Below, in pieces: positions 36,700 to 50,300 of a DNA stretch of 64,000 nucleotides (the first letter of the stretch is position 1; each line of letters begins with the position of its first letter). Origin of the DNA: Nageia nagi (taxonomy: Eukaryota; Plantae; Pinophyta); the NCBI GenBank assembly GCA_050084985.1, contig JBITNC010000001.1:138136001-138200000 (forward strand), in the 5' to 3' direction. Below the pieces are notes generated by a model. The model did not search any database. It was not told the DNA's origin and saw only the letters and a program-made list of their open reading frames with translations. The position numbers and the translations under genes are program-made.

Positions 36700-37830
36700 C
36701 TAACCATAGCAAAATGTCCAACCAAGAGAGTTTGGAGCCTCCATCAACACATGAATTCAAGGATAATGAAGAGGAATGGATGATTTCTTGTGCAAGTGGA
36801 ATCCAAGGTTTCATGGAAAATTTGCAAGGCCATGATGAGAATTTGTTCAAACAGGTAGTGGCCTCTTGGGATGAGGGAATGGTGACCGTAGATGGCCTAC
36901 GGTTCACTATCAACTCTGAACTAATTGTTACACCAAGGTATGGTAGTAGTAGCGATTCACCACTTAAGGGTAACCAAAACCTCACCTAAAGAGATTGAAT
37001 GTTTCCTCAAACCAAGGGAGAAAGTGGAAAAATTCAAGTTTGGTTACCATAGAACATCCCTCCCTCTCCCTGGAATTTGGTTGCTAATGCTATCATCAAG
37101 CTTTTTACTTTAGAAGGTCATTTCTTTCTCATTTACGATTTACATTTCATGTTGCTATCTCACATCAAACATAGGGTTTAGGTAAACCTCCCATTCTTTC
37201 TCTACCACTCTTTGGATATTGATATTAGAAGAGCTCATAATAGACTATTGATTCACCAAGAATGAATCAAAATCCTTCATTCCATTATAACTCGAGGGCT
37301 TCACATTGCATAGAACCTTGTTCCTACCTACCCTCCACATCCTCCCATTGACATGTCCCCATCTCCTCCTCCTCGTCCCCTTGGATTTCCCACTTGTTCT
37401 CTCTAATAGCCCTTTGGCTTTGGAGGATGATGTGGATGAATCCTCTCCTCCCGTTGATGCCTTAGGCCCTAGATGATGTTGCATCATACTCTTTGGATTT
37501 TGAATTTGAGAAAGTTACGATCCATATGTCGAATTTGTCCTTCCCTTCCTTGAACCCCACCCCCTTCCATGTTCGCAAAAAGTCCCAAACCAAAATCTCC
37601 TCCTTTATTAAACAAAATATCATTATCATAGGAGGAATTAGATTGGGAGTATATTAAAATTCCCAAAGAACTTAGCAAACTATGGATGGTAGATAAATGA
37701 AAGAAGAAGAGAGAAAAGGAAGAGCATCTGAAAAAATCAAGAAACAAAAGGATTAATTTGGTTTCTAATAGATCTATAAGGCAATTAGAAAGCAAAAACC
37801 TTGGCTTCAGAAATAACTATATTCACATGA
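36700..37830 (+). pseudogene. Decayed retrotransposon accessory ORF (plant-transposon-protein-like)
   Basis: GFMENLQGHDENLFKQVVASWDEGMVTVDGLRFTINSELI, then Pro-rich and charged tracts; frameshifted. Confidence 0.6.
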
Positions 37831-39449
37831 GGTTGAGTTGTACTTTAAAAAACCTACAAATCAATCTCTCCTTTAGTCTTCGTAATCTCCTCCAAACCCC
37901 TCCAAGATGCTCCCATACTCCCTTTGAACTCACAAATCAAGCTTGGGTGTTGGAATTTGGTTTACCCATCTCTAAAATTAACCGCAAAAATGAGGATGAA
38001 ATTACAATTTTAAAGGCTTCTACAGTCACGAGAGTTGTAGTAAAACATCCCTTGGAAACATGCCCCTCGTCTGAAGCTATGGTCAAACCCAAATAGAGAC
38101 CCTAGAGAGGGATGAAAAGAACAACAATTAAGTGAAAAAATGTTATTAGTCCAAATAGTCTATCATTTTCTTTGAAGGAGTACATTGGGCTTGCTGCAGT
38201 TTTTGGATCATCTTCAACAGCACAAAGGTCATATTAGAATCACCCGAGCACTTAGATGGTCAAAGGAAAATTGAAAAAATAGCTAGGCCAATATCTATAA
38301 TCGTTGAGACTTTTTTTGAAAATCTTTCTTGATTCCTTTGATGTAAATACATGTTTTGGGCCTTGTTTTAAAAAATCTCTTTAATTTACCTTACAAAAAA
38401 AATGAATCTGCAACAGTACAAATTTGGTAAGAATGGAATTGTAACTATACTCTAGTGATGCTGCATTTTGGATAGAGAAAAATGTGAAGATGGTTGGTAT
38501 GGCCATGCATGTATCCATTTTAGATGATAGAAAATAAGGTGCTTGTTTTCTAGTAAGTGTAAAGTTATTGCCATCATTGATACGTAAATGGGGAAGAATT
38601 GCATGTGGGCCATCATACTATTTTATAAGATTTAATAATGGGAAATTGTTCATGATAAATATGCAAATGGTTGGCAAACTAGGGCATGAGATGGGGATTT
38701 GGAATTGAATTTTGTCGATTGATCAATCTTTTAATTTATTCTACTTCATTCATATGCAAATTTTCAAATACTTGGAATATATCTCTATGAATGTTGTGCA
38801 TGCTTTATTTGTAAAATTATTGAAATTAACACTTTAGCAAAATGAATAAAATTACATGTGAATCTAATTCAAATAAAGTATATAATATTTTAATATAATT
38901 AATACACCATGTTTAGTTTCATAAGCTTAGCATTCTCAAACCTCAAGAAATTTGCAAAATAAGAAGACTATTCCCTCTCTCTTTTGCAATCTTTTTGTTG
39001 TTACTAATTTTTTATTACAATGTAAGTAAGAAAATTGTTAACTATACAAGGAGTTTCTTTTTTACTACTCATATTATTTACTTAGGGTTGAAAAAGTATT
39101 TCTTAAGAAAGTAATTTTCAAATATACTTTTTTTTTTTTTGTATTCATCATGGAGTTTCTTTTGAGTCCTCAAACTTGTATAATATAGGTTGGTTGCATG
39201 ATACATGTTTTAACCATTAGCTCATTTAAGACCACCTATTATAAAAAGGATATACTCCAAAAGAGTACACTACATTATTCAATTAAACAAAACAATGTTA
39301 TAAGCATGAGACTAAGCATTAAAACACCAACAAGAACTACTTATCTTTGCCTTTTTCCAAAGGTAATTCCTTGGGGCTCCACCTCCTTCAGTAAATTTTG
39401 AGAAGTGTTCACATGATGAACCACCTTTGTGGTTAACAAGTTGAGACAT

Positions 39450-40520
39450 GCAATAGTACTTACCAAAGTGTTAGACAACACATTCATCAATTTAAAGATC
39501 ACCTTTGCCTACTACCTCTTTTACTAACTCTTGCTGTGGAGCAAGTTATGACATTTCTTTCTTTTGGCTTGGTTCCCCAACCTCAAAGACATCCTTCGTG
39601 GCATCTTCTTTGTCTTATGATGGGTCATCATAATCCTTCATTATCATCTTTTTCTTGGAGTACTCAATTCTCATTGAAAGCCTATTGAACTTAGCCAACC
39701 TACAAGCTTGCCCATTTGCACCTTTTGCTTCCCTTTCCTATGCTAAGTTGGAGCCACCTCTTATTCCTTTGAGGCCGAGAGTTCTTTACATTCTTGCATG
39801 AAGTTTGCTCCTTTACTACACTCACAGATCTCCTCCTTACTAGCCTTCAAGTGTAATTTCGCCTTTGTTATAAGGAGACCACTTTTATAGGGAGTATTTC
39901 CCACATTCTTGAAACCTTTGTTTCTCCACCACATGTAACACTAAAAACTTGAATAACCCCTCATGAAAAGCCAATTTGAGCTTAATTGTCTTGAACAACT
40001 TGATAGATTTCTCTAGAGATTTGTACAAGAAGATGGGAAAGTTCATTGGGACTTGGTGGCAAATGGAATTGAGGATGGTAAAATTATACCCAAAAATTCT
40101 TTGTTACCTCCCCTCTAGCATTATATAACACATCACCAACATTGGGATTCTCTCTTAGGGCTTGGGCATAAATTGTCGAGGAATGAAAAATTGTATATAA
40201 CATAATGTCTTGTCTCTTGAGATAAACTTTGCTAACTACTCTACTTTATTTGTTTTCTCCCTTAAGATCACATCCCTACATCAAGTAGCCCTGATACTTC
40301 CACAATCAGTTGCGATGAGATTGTGAAGCTCATATTGTTCACTTATACATATCCATCTTCCCAATAACTGACCACCTGTCATTGAATTCCTTCATCATAA
40401 CCCACAAATATTTTAAAGAACTTCAGAAGGCCAAACTTCTCCATGTGTGGGATAACCTTGGATTGACTTTGTATGGACCAAATCCCCTCCCACTTGAATC
40501 ACTCAGGTCTTCTTCCACAC
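39450..40520 (-). pseudogene. Second, diverged copy of the same accessory ORF family
   Basis: Minus strand KFFKIFVGYDEGIQ*QVVSYWEDGYV*VNNMSFTISSQLIVEVSGL aligns with the 36800-36930 peptide. Confidence 0.6.
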
Positions 40521-41539
40521 CGATAAAAATGTAGACGCCCCAAAATTACATAAAATCAACATTTGCTAACATTTGAATGTAAATCATGAGCATGGTCAAA
40601 TCTAGTCAAAAAGTTAAAACAAGTCAACATTGCAATCGACCAATCAATTATGAATAAGCTTGTTGATACTAAGGGCTTGGTAGTCAACCTATCGATTAGG
40701 AACATAACATCTATAAAAACAAACTTGCGACATCATTTGGTATAATCAATTCATTTATGATAAAATTATGATTATTTTCTCAGTTTATTATACTTAGGTA
40801 TAATATTTGCTCAAGTTTTCTAAGAGTATTTTATTCTTTATTCCTAGGTTTAAGTATTTGTTAATTTGTTATGATTAGATATTTGTCATCTTGTGGATTT
40901 TATCCTTAGGCAAGGTTATCATGCATTTGTCTACTAGCTTGTACTTTGCCCTATTTATTTGGGCTCTCCTTCATTGTATTATATCAATTCTTATATTTCC
41001 TTTCAATTCTCTGAACTTGCTTTCAATTTGATCAACAAATCTGGGAGGGGGAATTGGCATCCTTGAACCAATCCCCCCCTCACCTCCATTTTTTAGTTGC
41101 ATTCCAATTTGTTGTGGCAGGTGACCTGTTTTTTTTTGTGAGATCCGAAGTGGTGTATGCTTTGAAGACGTTGGGAAAGGAAGATTGATCTTCTTGTATC
41201 TGTTGGGCATCTGCACTTCCTCTAACGGATCTACCTATCCCTCTTGATGTAGTTGTTCATGGGTGGAATTCTTCTTGGCAGCACTGTGTTTGGATCTGCC
41301 ACTTTATCTCATGGCCTCTTGTTTTCGTTTCATATACGCCTCCTTTCATGGTGAAGATCCACGCTCCCTTTGACCTCTTGCTGTCTTTTCACTCAGCCCT
41401 CACGGCTCTGCGTTGTGTGTGGCCAGCAGTGATTGTTTATCTGTGGCTAAGTGTTTTTGAGACTTTCAGACCTACAGTTTAAGCTCTAGTGTTCCATGGC
41501 AGCAGCCCTCACGGTGGTCTTCAGATCTGCTAACGGGCT

Positions 41540-42480
41540 TCCATGCTGATCCTGACTGGTTCAATTTTTTGGTGCATTGCGTGAGACATGTTGTGAGTGA
41601 ATGAGAATATCCAAATGGATGGGTGAATGAGAATATAAACATGCAATTTACACAATAGTGTAAGTTATAGTTTGCCATTAATGTTGATTTTGTTGATGAA
41701 GTTAAATTGGATGTGATACCTCTTGAAATTTGTGGCATAGTGTTGAGAAGTACTTATTTATTTGATAGGAAAGCTATTTTATATCAGAAAGAGAATAAAT
41801 ATCAACTTGTTAAGAATGGTAAATATTTTATTGTAAAGTATCATATGAGTAGAAGTGATCTTCCTTTTTATACAATGGAGAAAATAAAAAGATTATTTGA
41901 TTCTTCTCAAAATCTATCACTTATGGTGATGAGAGATCGAGACATTTTCTATCCAGGGTCATTATCATTAGCCATAGTGAAGAATAAAAATATCAATAAG
42001 ATAAATAAGACATGATATCATTATATGAGGACACATGATATAAAGGAGAGACATCCTTTTATACATCCTATAAACAAAATGGAAGTATAAGATCATGAAG
42101 GATCCTACTTGACATTTGCACTTGTTGGAGATCTTATTCCATGGAATCCTTGGATATTTTATGCATATCATCCATGGAAGGAGAGGTTGCGTGAGGTACT
42201 TTTGGAGACCATTATTCCTCATCCTTATCAACTCAAACCTTTTAGGGACTAAAAGACCCCTAATCGAGGAGGAGTGATTAAAATTGGATCATTAGAAACA
42301 TATTTTTCAAATCAAAGTGCTTGATATCCTCTTCCCAATACAACTGATGGCATAAAAATATGACACATGGTGTAGAAGATATGTGTTTTGAAGGAATAAA
42401 TAAATTTGAAAGAAAATCAACATTTTGATACCACATTTGGAGGAATGGGATTTCTTTGGACAAGTTGGAAACCAAGTGGA
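41540..42480 (+). mobile_element. Gypsy pol remnant (protease C-terminal region, internally deleted)
   Basis: FVDEVKLDVIPLEICGIVLRSTYLFDRKAI. Confidence 0.6.
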
Positions 42481-43569
42481 TGCTTGTATCAATAAACGAT
42501 AATCAACACACTTATAAACATAATGGTGATGCCAACAACAAGTTTGACAATAGGTTCGATCAACATTGACAATATGGATTCCAAGGTGGATATGGTGGAT
42601 CCATTAATGAATCAACAAATCATTCAAGATTCTATGCACCTATGTTGCCACATGTTGACATGAGGGGAGGTTTTCCCTATTATGGGCCTCATGATTTTGG
42701 TCGTATTTAGTTTGTTTGGTGTATGTTAACAATATATTTAGTAGGTGTTAAACATTAAAACAAAATAAAATCTCTTATAACTAATAAGTTATATTAATTA
42801 TAAAATCAAAACTAAATACCTAAAATATATAAAAATGGCCAATTTGAATTTTGAAAGGAGAATAAGATCAAAACAAAAAAAAAAATATTATTGTAATCTT
42901 TTTACCCATTCTTAGCCCCTTATGTGTTATAAAAGGAGTCTTGATGAGGTGAAAATAAAGGAGTGTAGAATATGGGAAGAGCGTAGATAGGATAAAAGTT
43001 TTATGGGATTCAAGAGGGACTCTATTGTACTATCTTTATAGATAGATAAATAGTTTTCTTTTAACATCCTTTTAAACCCATTAGTCCTATCAAATTTTAT
43101 CTAGAAGTAAATATATATCAATTAAGTATTCAAACATGTATTTCTCATATAAAGAAACTATTGAACAATACATAAATATTCCAAGAAAAAATAGATACTC
43201 CCAAGGATAATTGACCACAATCACTCACAGCAAGCCAATGAAAATAAATCATTAAAACAAGATTCTAGAACTAGTTCAAGCATAATATGATGTTGTTTGT
43301 TAAAACCTTAAAACAATAACTTATAACCTTTTATTAGGGGAGTTAAGAGGCAAGTGACATGTAAAGGCACCCACATTAAGCATCTCAAGTTCTACTCCCA
43401 CCCCCTATATTGGTGGTATTTAAAAACACTTGATAGGTCCTACAAACCAATAACTTTAAAGGGCATTAAACATTGACTTTACCTTTATTAGTGTTTGACA
43501 AAATATTAGAAAAAATATTTGAAATTTTAATAGTAAAAAAAATTGTAAAATATGGAGTAGGGTACTTGA

Positions 43570-43690
43570 TGTTGGCTTGACAACAAGGAATCTTGTAGTA
43601 GGGATTTTGTTATTGGCCTGATAACAAGAAATCCCATAGTGGGAAATTCACTACCTACTTGGTAATAAGGAATTCTATAACAATGGAGGA
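43570..43690 (+). repeat. Three degenerate ~41-bp tandem repeats
   Basis: TTGGC(T/C)TGA(C/T)AACAAG(G/A)AATC... units. Confidence 0.55.
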
Positions 43691-45049
43691 CGAATTTAGC
43701 TTTCCTATCTATAGGAAGTAGGTAAATTTGGTTGATGAATCGATAAGTCTATGTCAATTACATAGTATTGGCTCATACATGCATGCATCACTTACTTATC
43801 TCCCACATGACAATGTGACCCAATTCTATATTTTAAGTGCTTATCTAAGGAGGAAGCTCATCCCACACAAACCCTGCACTTGAATTATGCCTTGTAAATG
43901 AAAGATAATACTATAGGATAGTAAGAGTTATGGAAGTGAACTTATGGAGATCTCTAAAAGCGAGGAGTATGCCATGCATGTAGGTGAAGTTTCCTACCAT
44001 ATCCAAAGCCCGACGAAGGAGGTAGACATGATCAAGGTGGGGATGAACCCTAAAGGTCTTTAGGAATGATACACTCTTGAATTGCTAAAATGAGACAAAG
44101 CCATGGTGGAGGAAGTTCTAACTTCAGGATTAAAGATGCAAGCCATGATGGGTGAATCCTTAAACAAATATAAATGATCCTTATTAGAATGCATGGGAGA
44201 ACTAATGAGCTTGAACACTAGATGGGGGAGATGTGAACTTGTGTTTTATTTTTGTTGTCTAATGTTTAGTTTGATGGGGAAAATATTGTTGGGTTCAATA
44301 CCTTGTCTAATCATTCCTTACTTAGATGTGAACCTTGCTATTGTTTAAACAAATTCCTCCTTGTTGTACTCATTAATACATTATATTGCATTTCATGTTG
44401 ATTTACTTATTCATTTATGAATGCATTTGACATTTATAGGAAAAAATAGCTTTAAGTAAAATTGATTGTAGAATGTATTGAAAATTACTTCTATTTGATT
44501 CATTGTATCTCTGCATGCACATACTTGAATTCATATTTAACTACTAAAATTGTATCCTCCAACATTTTTAACATGTTTTCATGCATTGATTGTTATTGTT
44601 ATTTTCATCAATAGAAGAAACTCTAATTAAGATATACTCCTTCAAGAATTATTTGATATATTGTTATCCACACATTGTAATATTGTTGAGACAAAAGAAA
44701 ATAAAGAATATTACCCTTGAAAGAGAGATTTTGTTCTTAGTGTTGAGATTTTGATCTTACCATCATCCAATTGAAAAAATTGATAATTTTTGTTGCTAAG
44801 ATTTTCTTTTCATAAATTTTTTTTCCAAAAAATTGATATTTACTTTTTGTGTGGACAAATTTTCACTTAAATATTATTTTCTTCTTATTTTTTTTTTTAA
44901 ATTTAAAATTGAATTATTAATTATTAAAATTGAAGAAATTATAGTCATAGACTGCTAAGCTTTACGGATAAAAAAATAGAAACCTATCACAATAACAATG
45001 TTCGAGCATTCAATCCTAAAACATCCATTCGTCGACATGGTTTTTATAA

Positions 45050-45545
45050 TTGATAAATAATTTACTTGTATTCCCAAAAAATTCAATCAAACATCACATT
45101 CTTGTATAAATACACAAATTTGTAAATCAAACTTCATAATTTACCAAAATTGGTTGAGCAATTGAATTGATTTTCAGTTGCATCATGTAATTCCCAAGGG
45201 GATTAATCCCTACATTTTCGTGGGTCGCTGATAACAACAGCTTTAAAATATAAATTCAATCTGAGGTGATTTTTGGCTGTTTAGAAAAGGACTGGAATAA
45301 TGCGCCTCTGCCAAGTGTCCTTGCTGTATGCAGATGTTTGCATTCGAAATTGCTTGTTGAACCAAATTGATTGGGTGTAGTTTCGCAGGTTGATGGAGTC
45401 AACAATGATATTCAGGTCATTAGCCATCAACAATAATTACTTGTATTGCCAAAATATCCAATCAAAATAAATGAGGCTGTAAATCAAACTTCTTAAATTA
45501 CCAAAATTGTTTATGCAACTGGTTTTAGCTGTGTCCTGAAATTCT
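45050..45545 (+). repeat. Diverged direct duplication (~45050-45195 and ~45430-45545)
   Basis: TTACTTGTATT.CCAAAA...CAATCAAA and TGTAAATCAAACTTC.TAA.TTACCAAAATTG in both. Confidence 0.75.
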
Positions 45546-46659
45546 CAGCAGACTGGTCTCAAGTCTTGATAGCCCCTGCAATTGAATTAGGTCATTTCGG
45601 AATGTCTAAGCATATGTACTAGTATCATTTGAAGCAAAATCTTCATCAGAATTTTAGGATCATATTCAAAATTATCATTTTTCAGAATTATCTATCATTG
45701 GCCTTCTAGATATTTTTCTCTGTTTTTCATCTTATAAATTTGCATAACCATAATTTCTAGGTCCTGTATATTGTTATTAATTTATTTTTATTCTTTAAAT
45801 AAATAAATAGGCATATTTTAATATATTGCTTATTATTTTTGTATCTAGAAAATGGTGAATTTGACTGTTTGTTTTTTGTTTTCCACCAAAAATCTTAGAT
45901 TTTTTTTATGAATTCCACTGCTAAAATTGTTTTTCACTGAAACCTTAGATTTTATCAATATTTTTCTTAGATCTAATGAATCCTAACCACTCTAAAAGCT
46001 TGTCCAAATCATAGGTTTTTTGATGAACCCAATATTTTAGATTTAAAAGAAAAATCATTTAAGATCTAAAAAACTAGACCTGATCCAAAACCTTGTTAAA
46101 ATCTCATATCTGACCTTAGGCCATCATAACTTCATTATCTCATAATAATTTGAATATAGTTGAACACTGTTTTGAAGTTAACAGCATCAAAGAAGAATAC
46201 CAACTTTACAACACAATCAAAATGCTAAGAACCATTAGAATGCAAAGAACAATCAAAATAGTTAATATTAATGAAAATTGGACCAAATTAGGGTTGAGGT
46301 AATTGGACCAAATTACAATAACTAAAAATCATTTATAACATTTACTTAAGTTACTAAAAGCTGTAATCTCTAAACTTAATCATGCAAATAGAAAATAAAA
46401 CAAATATTTCATTTTTCAATTGAGGAGGGGTAGAAAACCTAGGAGAGAAAATAGGGTTTCTTGTGAATCCTTCATCTTACCATAGATTGAATGGATAGGA
46501 TTGTCCTGGATGCCAAAATGGTTTTCAATCTAGTTTAGGGAAAAAGAATGATGGAGGGAGTCATGGTTGGAGGAAAACAAGTGGAGGAATGGTAGCAGCA
46601 GCGGTTGTCATGCTGCCCATTTCTCACCAGATTTGAAAGAAAAATTTGTATTATTATTT

Positions 46660-47300
46660 CAATCCAACCTTCATCATGAGATTCTTGATGTTTTTGGAGC
46701 TTCCTTATGTTGGGAATGCAAATAAGTTGACAATGATGTCTTTGACTTTACCCATTGTTTTCACATTCAATGAATCCATCTGGAAATAAGCATCTTCACA
46801 TTTAGTAAAATTCAGTTTCAAAATATGAACCACTTTCAAGGCATGATATTATCCATAGCCCCCGAGTCTAGGATACAATTGCACAATTTTCTGTTATTCA
46901 CCCATAGAGATATATAAAATTGGGGTAGCCTAGCCAAATTTTGATGGGCTACATAAACTTGTTTGCTAATATTGACTTTTTCCATTATCAAATTCACACG
47001 TATTTTAGTAAGCTTAATTACATCAAAGAGTTCTTTCATAGTTTGAGGATCGTTTTGCAAGATTGAAATATTAGTAGTCTTATTGGAAAAATCTTCTACA
47101 ACACTATATTTTGAACATGAGGGATCTTTCTTATTCTTCTTAGTTTGTATTTCTTTGGATTTCATCTGAGCCATGTCCTGTTGTCAAGTTTGAAGTTTTA
47201 TTTAGGACTTAATCATCATGATATAGCATTTAGAATATTCATTGGTATCTTGAAAGAAATTTTCTGGCATATTCTCGTTGTTTTCTTCCTATAGCGAATT
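46660..47300 (-). mobile_element. Gypsy (Tat/Ogre-like) gag-protease fragment
   Basis: PQFYISLWVNNRKLCNCILDSGAMDNIMP (aspartic protease DSG motif). Confidence 0.75.
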
Positions 47301-47306
47301 TGGTTC

Positions 47307-50300
47307 TGGATTTAAATTAGTAGTATGGGTCCCAACACTCACTTAAGTTGTCTTGTTGACAATAAAGAATAATAGCCCTTAGATCTTATGTTTTGATAAG
47401 ATATAATCTCAGCCATTGATTGAAATCAATGGCCAATATCTAATCTATTATTAGGGTTGTTATTATAAGAGAAGATATTTTAATCTCTTCATGAAGATCA
47501 ATGGCTAGGATCTATTCTCTCATTGATTTTTGCTATAAAAAAAGAAGAGGGTTTCATTTGTAACCCTAGACTTGGAAGAATATGTTATTTTGGTAGAATA
47601 TTGTTGTGGCCAACAAGTTCTTTGGGTTCTTGCATTTTGCAAGAGATTTTGGGGTTCCCATTGGATCACACCATTGGAGGCTAGAGGGCTAAAACCCTAG
47701 AGAGAACTACCGAACCATTGTGACAAATTTATTCCAAGGCTTGTATTTGAGCTTAAATTGTTGAGAATCTGGACAACAATCAGATCTAAAGAAAGAGATC
47801 GTTAAAGCTACAATTTTGTGCTTGTTTGAAGGAGCCACACCCTCAAGGTGTGATGTCAGCTCTAGAGGGGCCTTATTGCTGTGTTTGAAGATCATACTTG
47901 CCTTGTGGAGGCCATTTCCAACCGTTCCTATCATTGGAATTTTCTGTTTAACACCAGATCCGTTTACTTGGCCATTTGTAGCCAATAATTTGTGCCCTAA
48001 GGGTCAAATCTGTTGTTTTGTTGGCAAAAGTTCCTGTTTCATTAACCCATTTGGGGTAAATCAGAATTGTGTTGCATCATTTGCTGGTAATAAAAGTCAA
48101 TTTTTTGTGCAAAAATCTGCAGACTTTCAGTAAATTTTCCTAGTCTAAATATTTAAAATATTTGTCTAACAATTGGAGGGTTTGCTTGGAATAATATTTC
48201 CTTTCATCTAAAAATAAAATTACAATTTTTGAACAATGAAAGTTGTAGAGCTCATCAACTAGGGTTTACTATTTCTGCAATTTTCTGTTTAATTTCAGCA
48301 AGGTTTACTTCAGTGGTATCAGAGCCACTTTTCTTGTCAGCTGTGTAGTTGATGGTGCAAACCAAAAATCAAAGTAAATCATATCAGCTAGAAGTTGAAT
48401 CTAAAATGGCAAGTGGATCTAGAATTGAGAGTATTGATCCAAAAAGAAATAAGGAAATGGAAGAGTTGGCAAATATGATACAAACCAGTGTTCTAGTTGG
48501 ATTGCAATCTAGCTTACCCGGCATCATTACTCAAGTAATGGCGCAGCTAGGGCAACAACGAATTCAGCCTAGTCATGAAGATGAGGCTGAAATTAACAAT
48601 GCAAAAGAGAGGGTGACAACAATACAAGGAGGAGGTTCTCAAGCAAGTGTAAGACAACAAAGTTCCAGGGGATTTTGGAAGCCATCTACACCTATATTTA
48701 TTCAGTCCAATGTGCAAAAAGCTGAAGCTATTGAACTTGAAATGCCAGATGAAGAAATGGAAATCCTTGTTGCAACTTATACATCCAAAGACAAAAACTT
48801 GAAGAACAAAATTTCCTTTGAAGGATATCTTGAGTTGAAGAACACAATTTCCTTCGAAGGATATCTTGAGTTGAAGGGCAAACAACCTGGTGGAAGGAGG
48901 TCATGTGGAAATGGAGACAAGGGAGGAGATTTGCAATACAAAGTGGGTAAGTTGACTCTTCCTTTCTTTGATGGAAATGTAGGGCTTGGTTACAGAAAGT
49001 GCAAACTTATATTTCTCTCAAGCCTATGGTTGAAAACGAGGTAGTTAAATATGCAACCCTTCATCTTGATGGCATTGTATATGAATCGTGGCATTATGGT
49101 TTGATTATTAAAGGTAATGGTTCTATTGATTCTTTTGAAGTATTTGCAAATAAACTTTTGGACAGATTTGAAAGGAAAGATTCTAATGAGTTTTTTGAAG
49201 AGTTAGCTACTATTAGACAAAAAACTATAGTTGCTAGTTATGTTGAGGAATTTCAGAAAATCAGTTATGGTGACGAATGTGGCTGAAGATAGGATAGTCT
49301 ATTGTTTTGTAAAAGGACTATTTGACCCTCATAGGGGTTGGGTGAAGGCTTTCAAGCCTAACCCTTGATGAAGCTATTGGGACAACTTTGGATCTTGAAT
49401 CATCATCTAGTGGTAGCAAACCTAGGCGGGGACAGCTAACCAAATTTGGACAGCAACTCAAGTTTGGACGGCCATCAAATTCTTATTTGATCTTACCATT
49501 CCAACAAGAAAACTACCAAGGAAATAGGCCCATGCCTAATTCTCTGCCAAATCAGAAAAATGGACAACAATGGGGGCAAGCAAGCAAACAAAATCAAAAT
49601 CAGCAAGAAGGAAGATTGGATGAGGCCACTAGAAGATACCTATAACAGAAAGGTTTGTGTTTTCATTGCAAACAGCCATGGAGCCGCACCCATAGGTGCC
49701 TTGGTAAAGGGTAACATTATGCAGTTGAATTTTATGTGCCCAATAATGATGAGACAACAAATGAAAATGAAGATACAAAATGTACATATGAAGACACTGA
49801 TTTTGCTGCATTTGAGATGGCACAACCATCACAATAGCCCTCCAAGGAAGATAAGGAGTCAAATTTGGAAGAGGGAAAACAATTGATTACATTAGCTACT
49901 CTCTCTAGCTCAACCCAACAATACTTTACCATCAAAGTTCCAGGACAAATTGTTGGTGAATCTATTATTGTGTTGATTGATGGTGGAGCAACCCTCAACT
50001 TCATTGATGAAGGTTTAGTGGAATGAAAAGGACTTAAGGTAGGGACATTCCTTGGTTTTAGAGTAGCATTGGCAAATGGACACATATCTACTTGCAACAA
50101 AGTGGTGGAGCAATTGGAACTTATCATAGGGGACTATAAAGTAACTACAATTTTTTATGTATTTTCTATTGGTGGCAATCCACAGTGGTTTTGGGGGAAC
50201 AATGATGGAGTACTTTGGAAGACACCTTCATCAACTATAGCACATTAGAGCTTAAATTCAAATTTGGTGGGAAGATAGTTGTCTTCAAGGGACTCTTGGA

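Noticed and set aside
44218-44400. Copia PPT (AGATGGGGGAGA) followed by TG as an LTR start
   Set aside because: No matching LTR end, partner LTR or recognisable coding domain could be confirmed.
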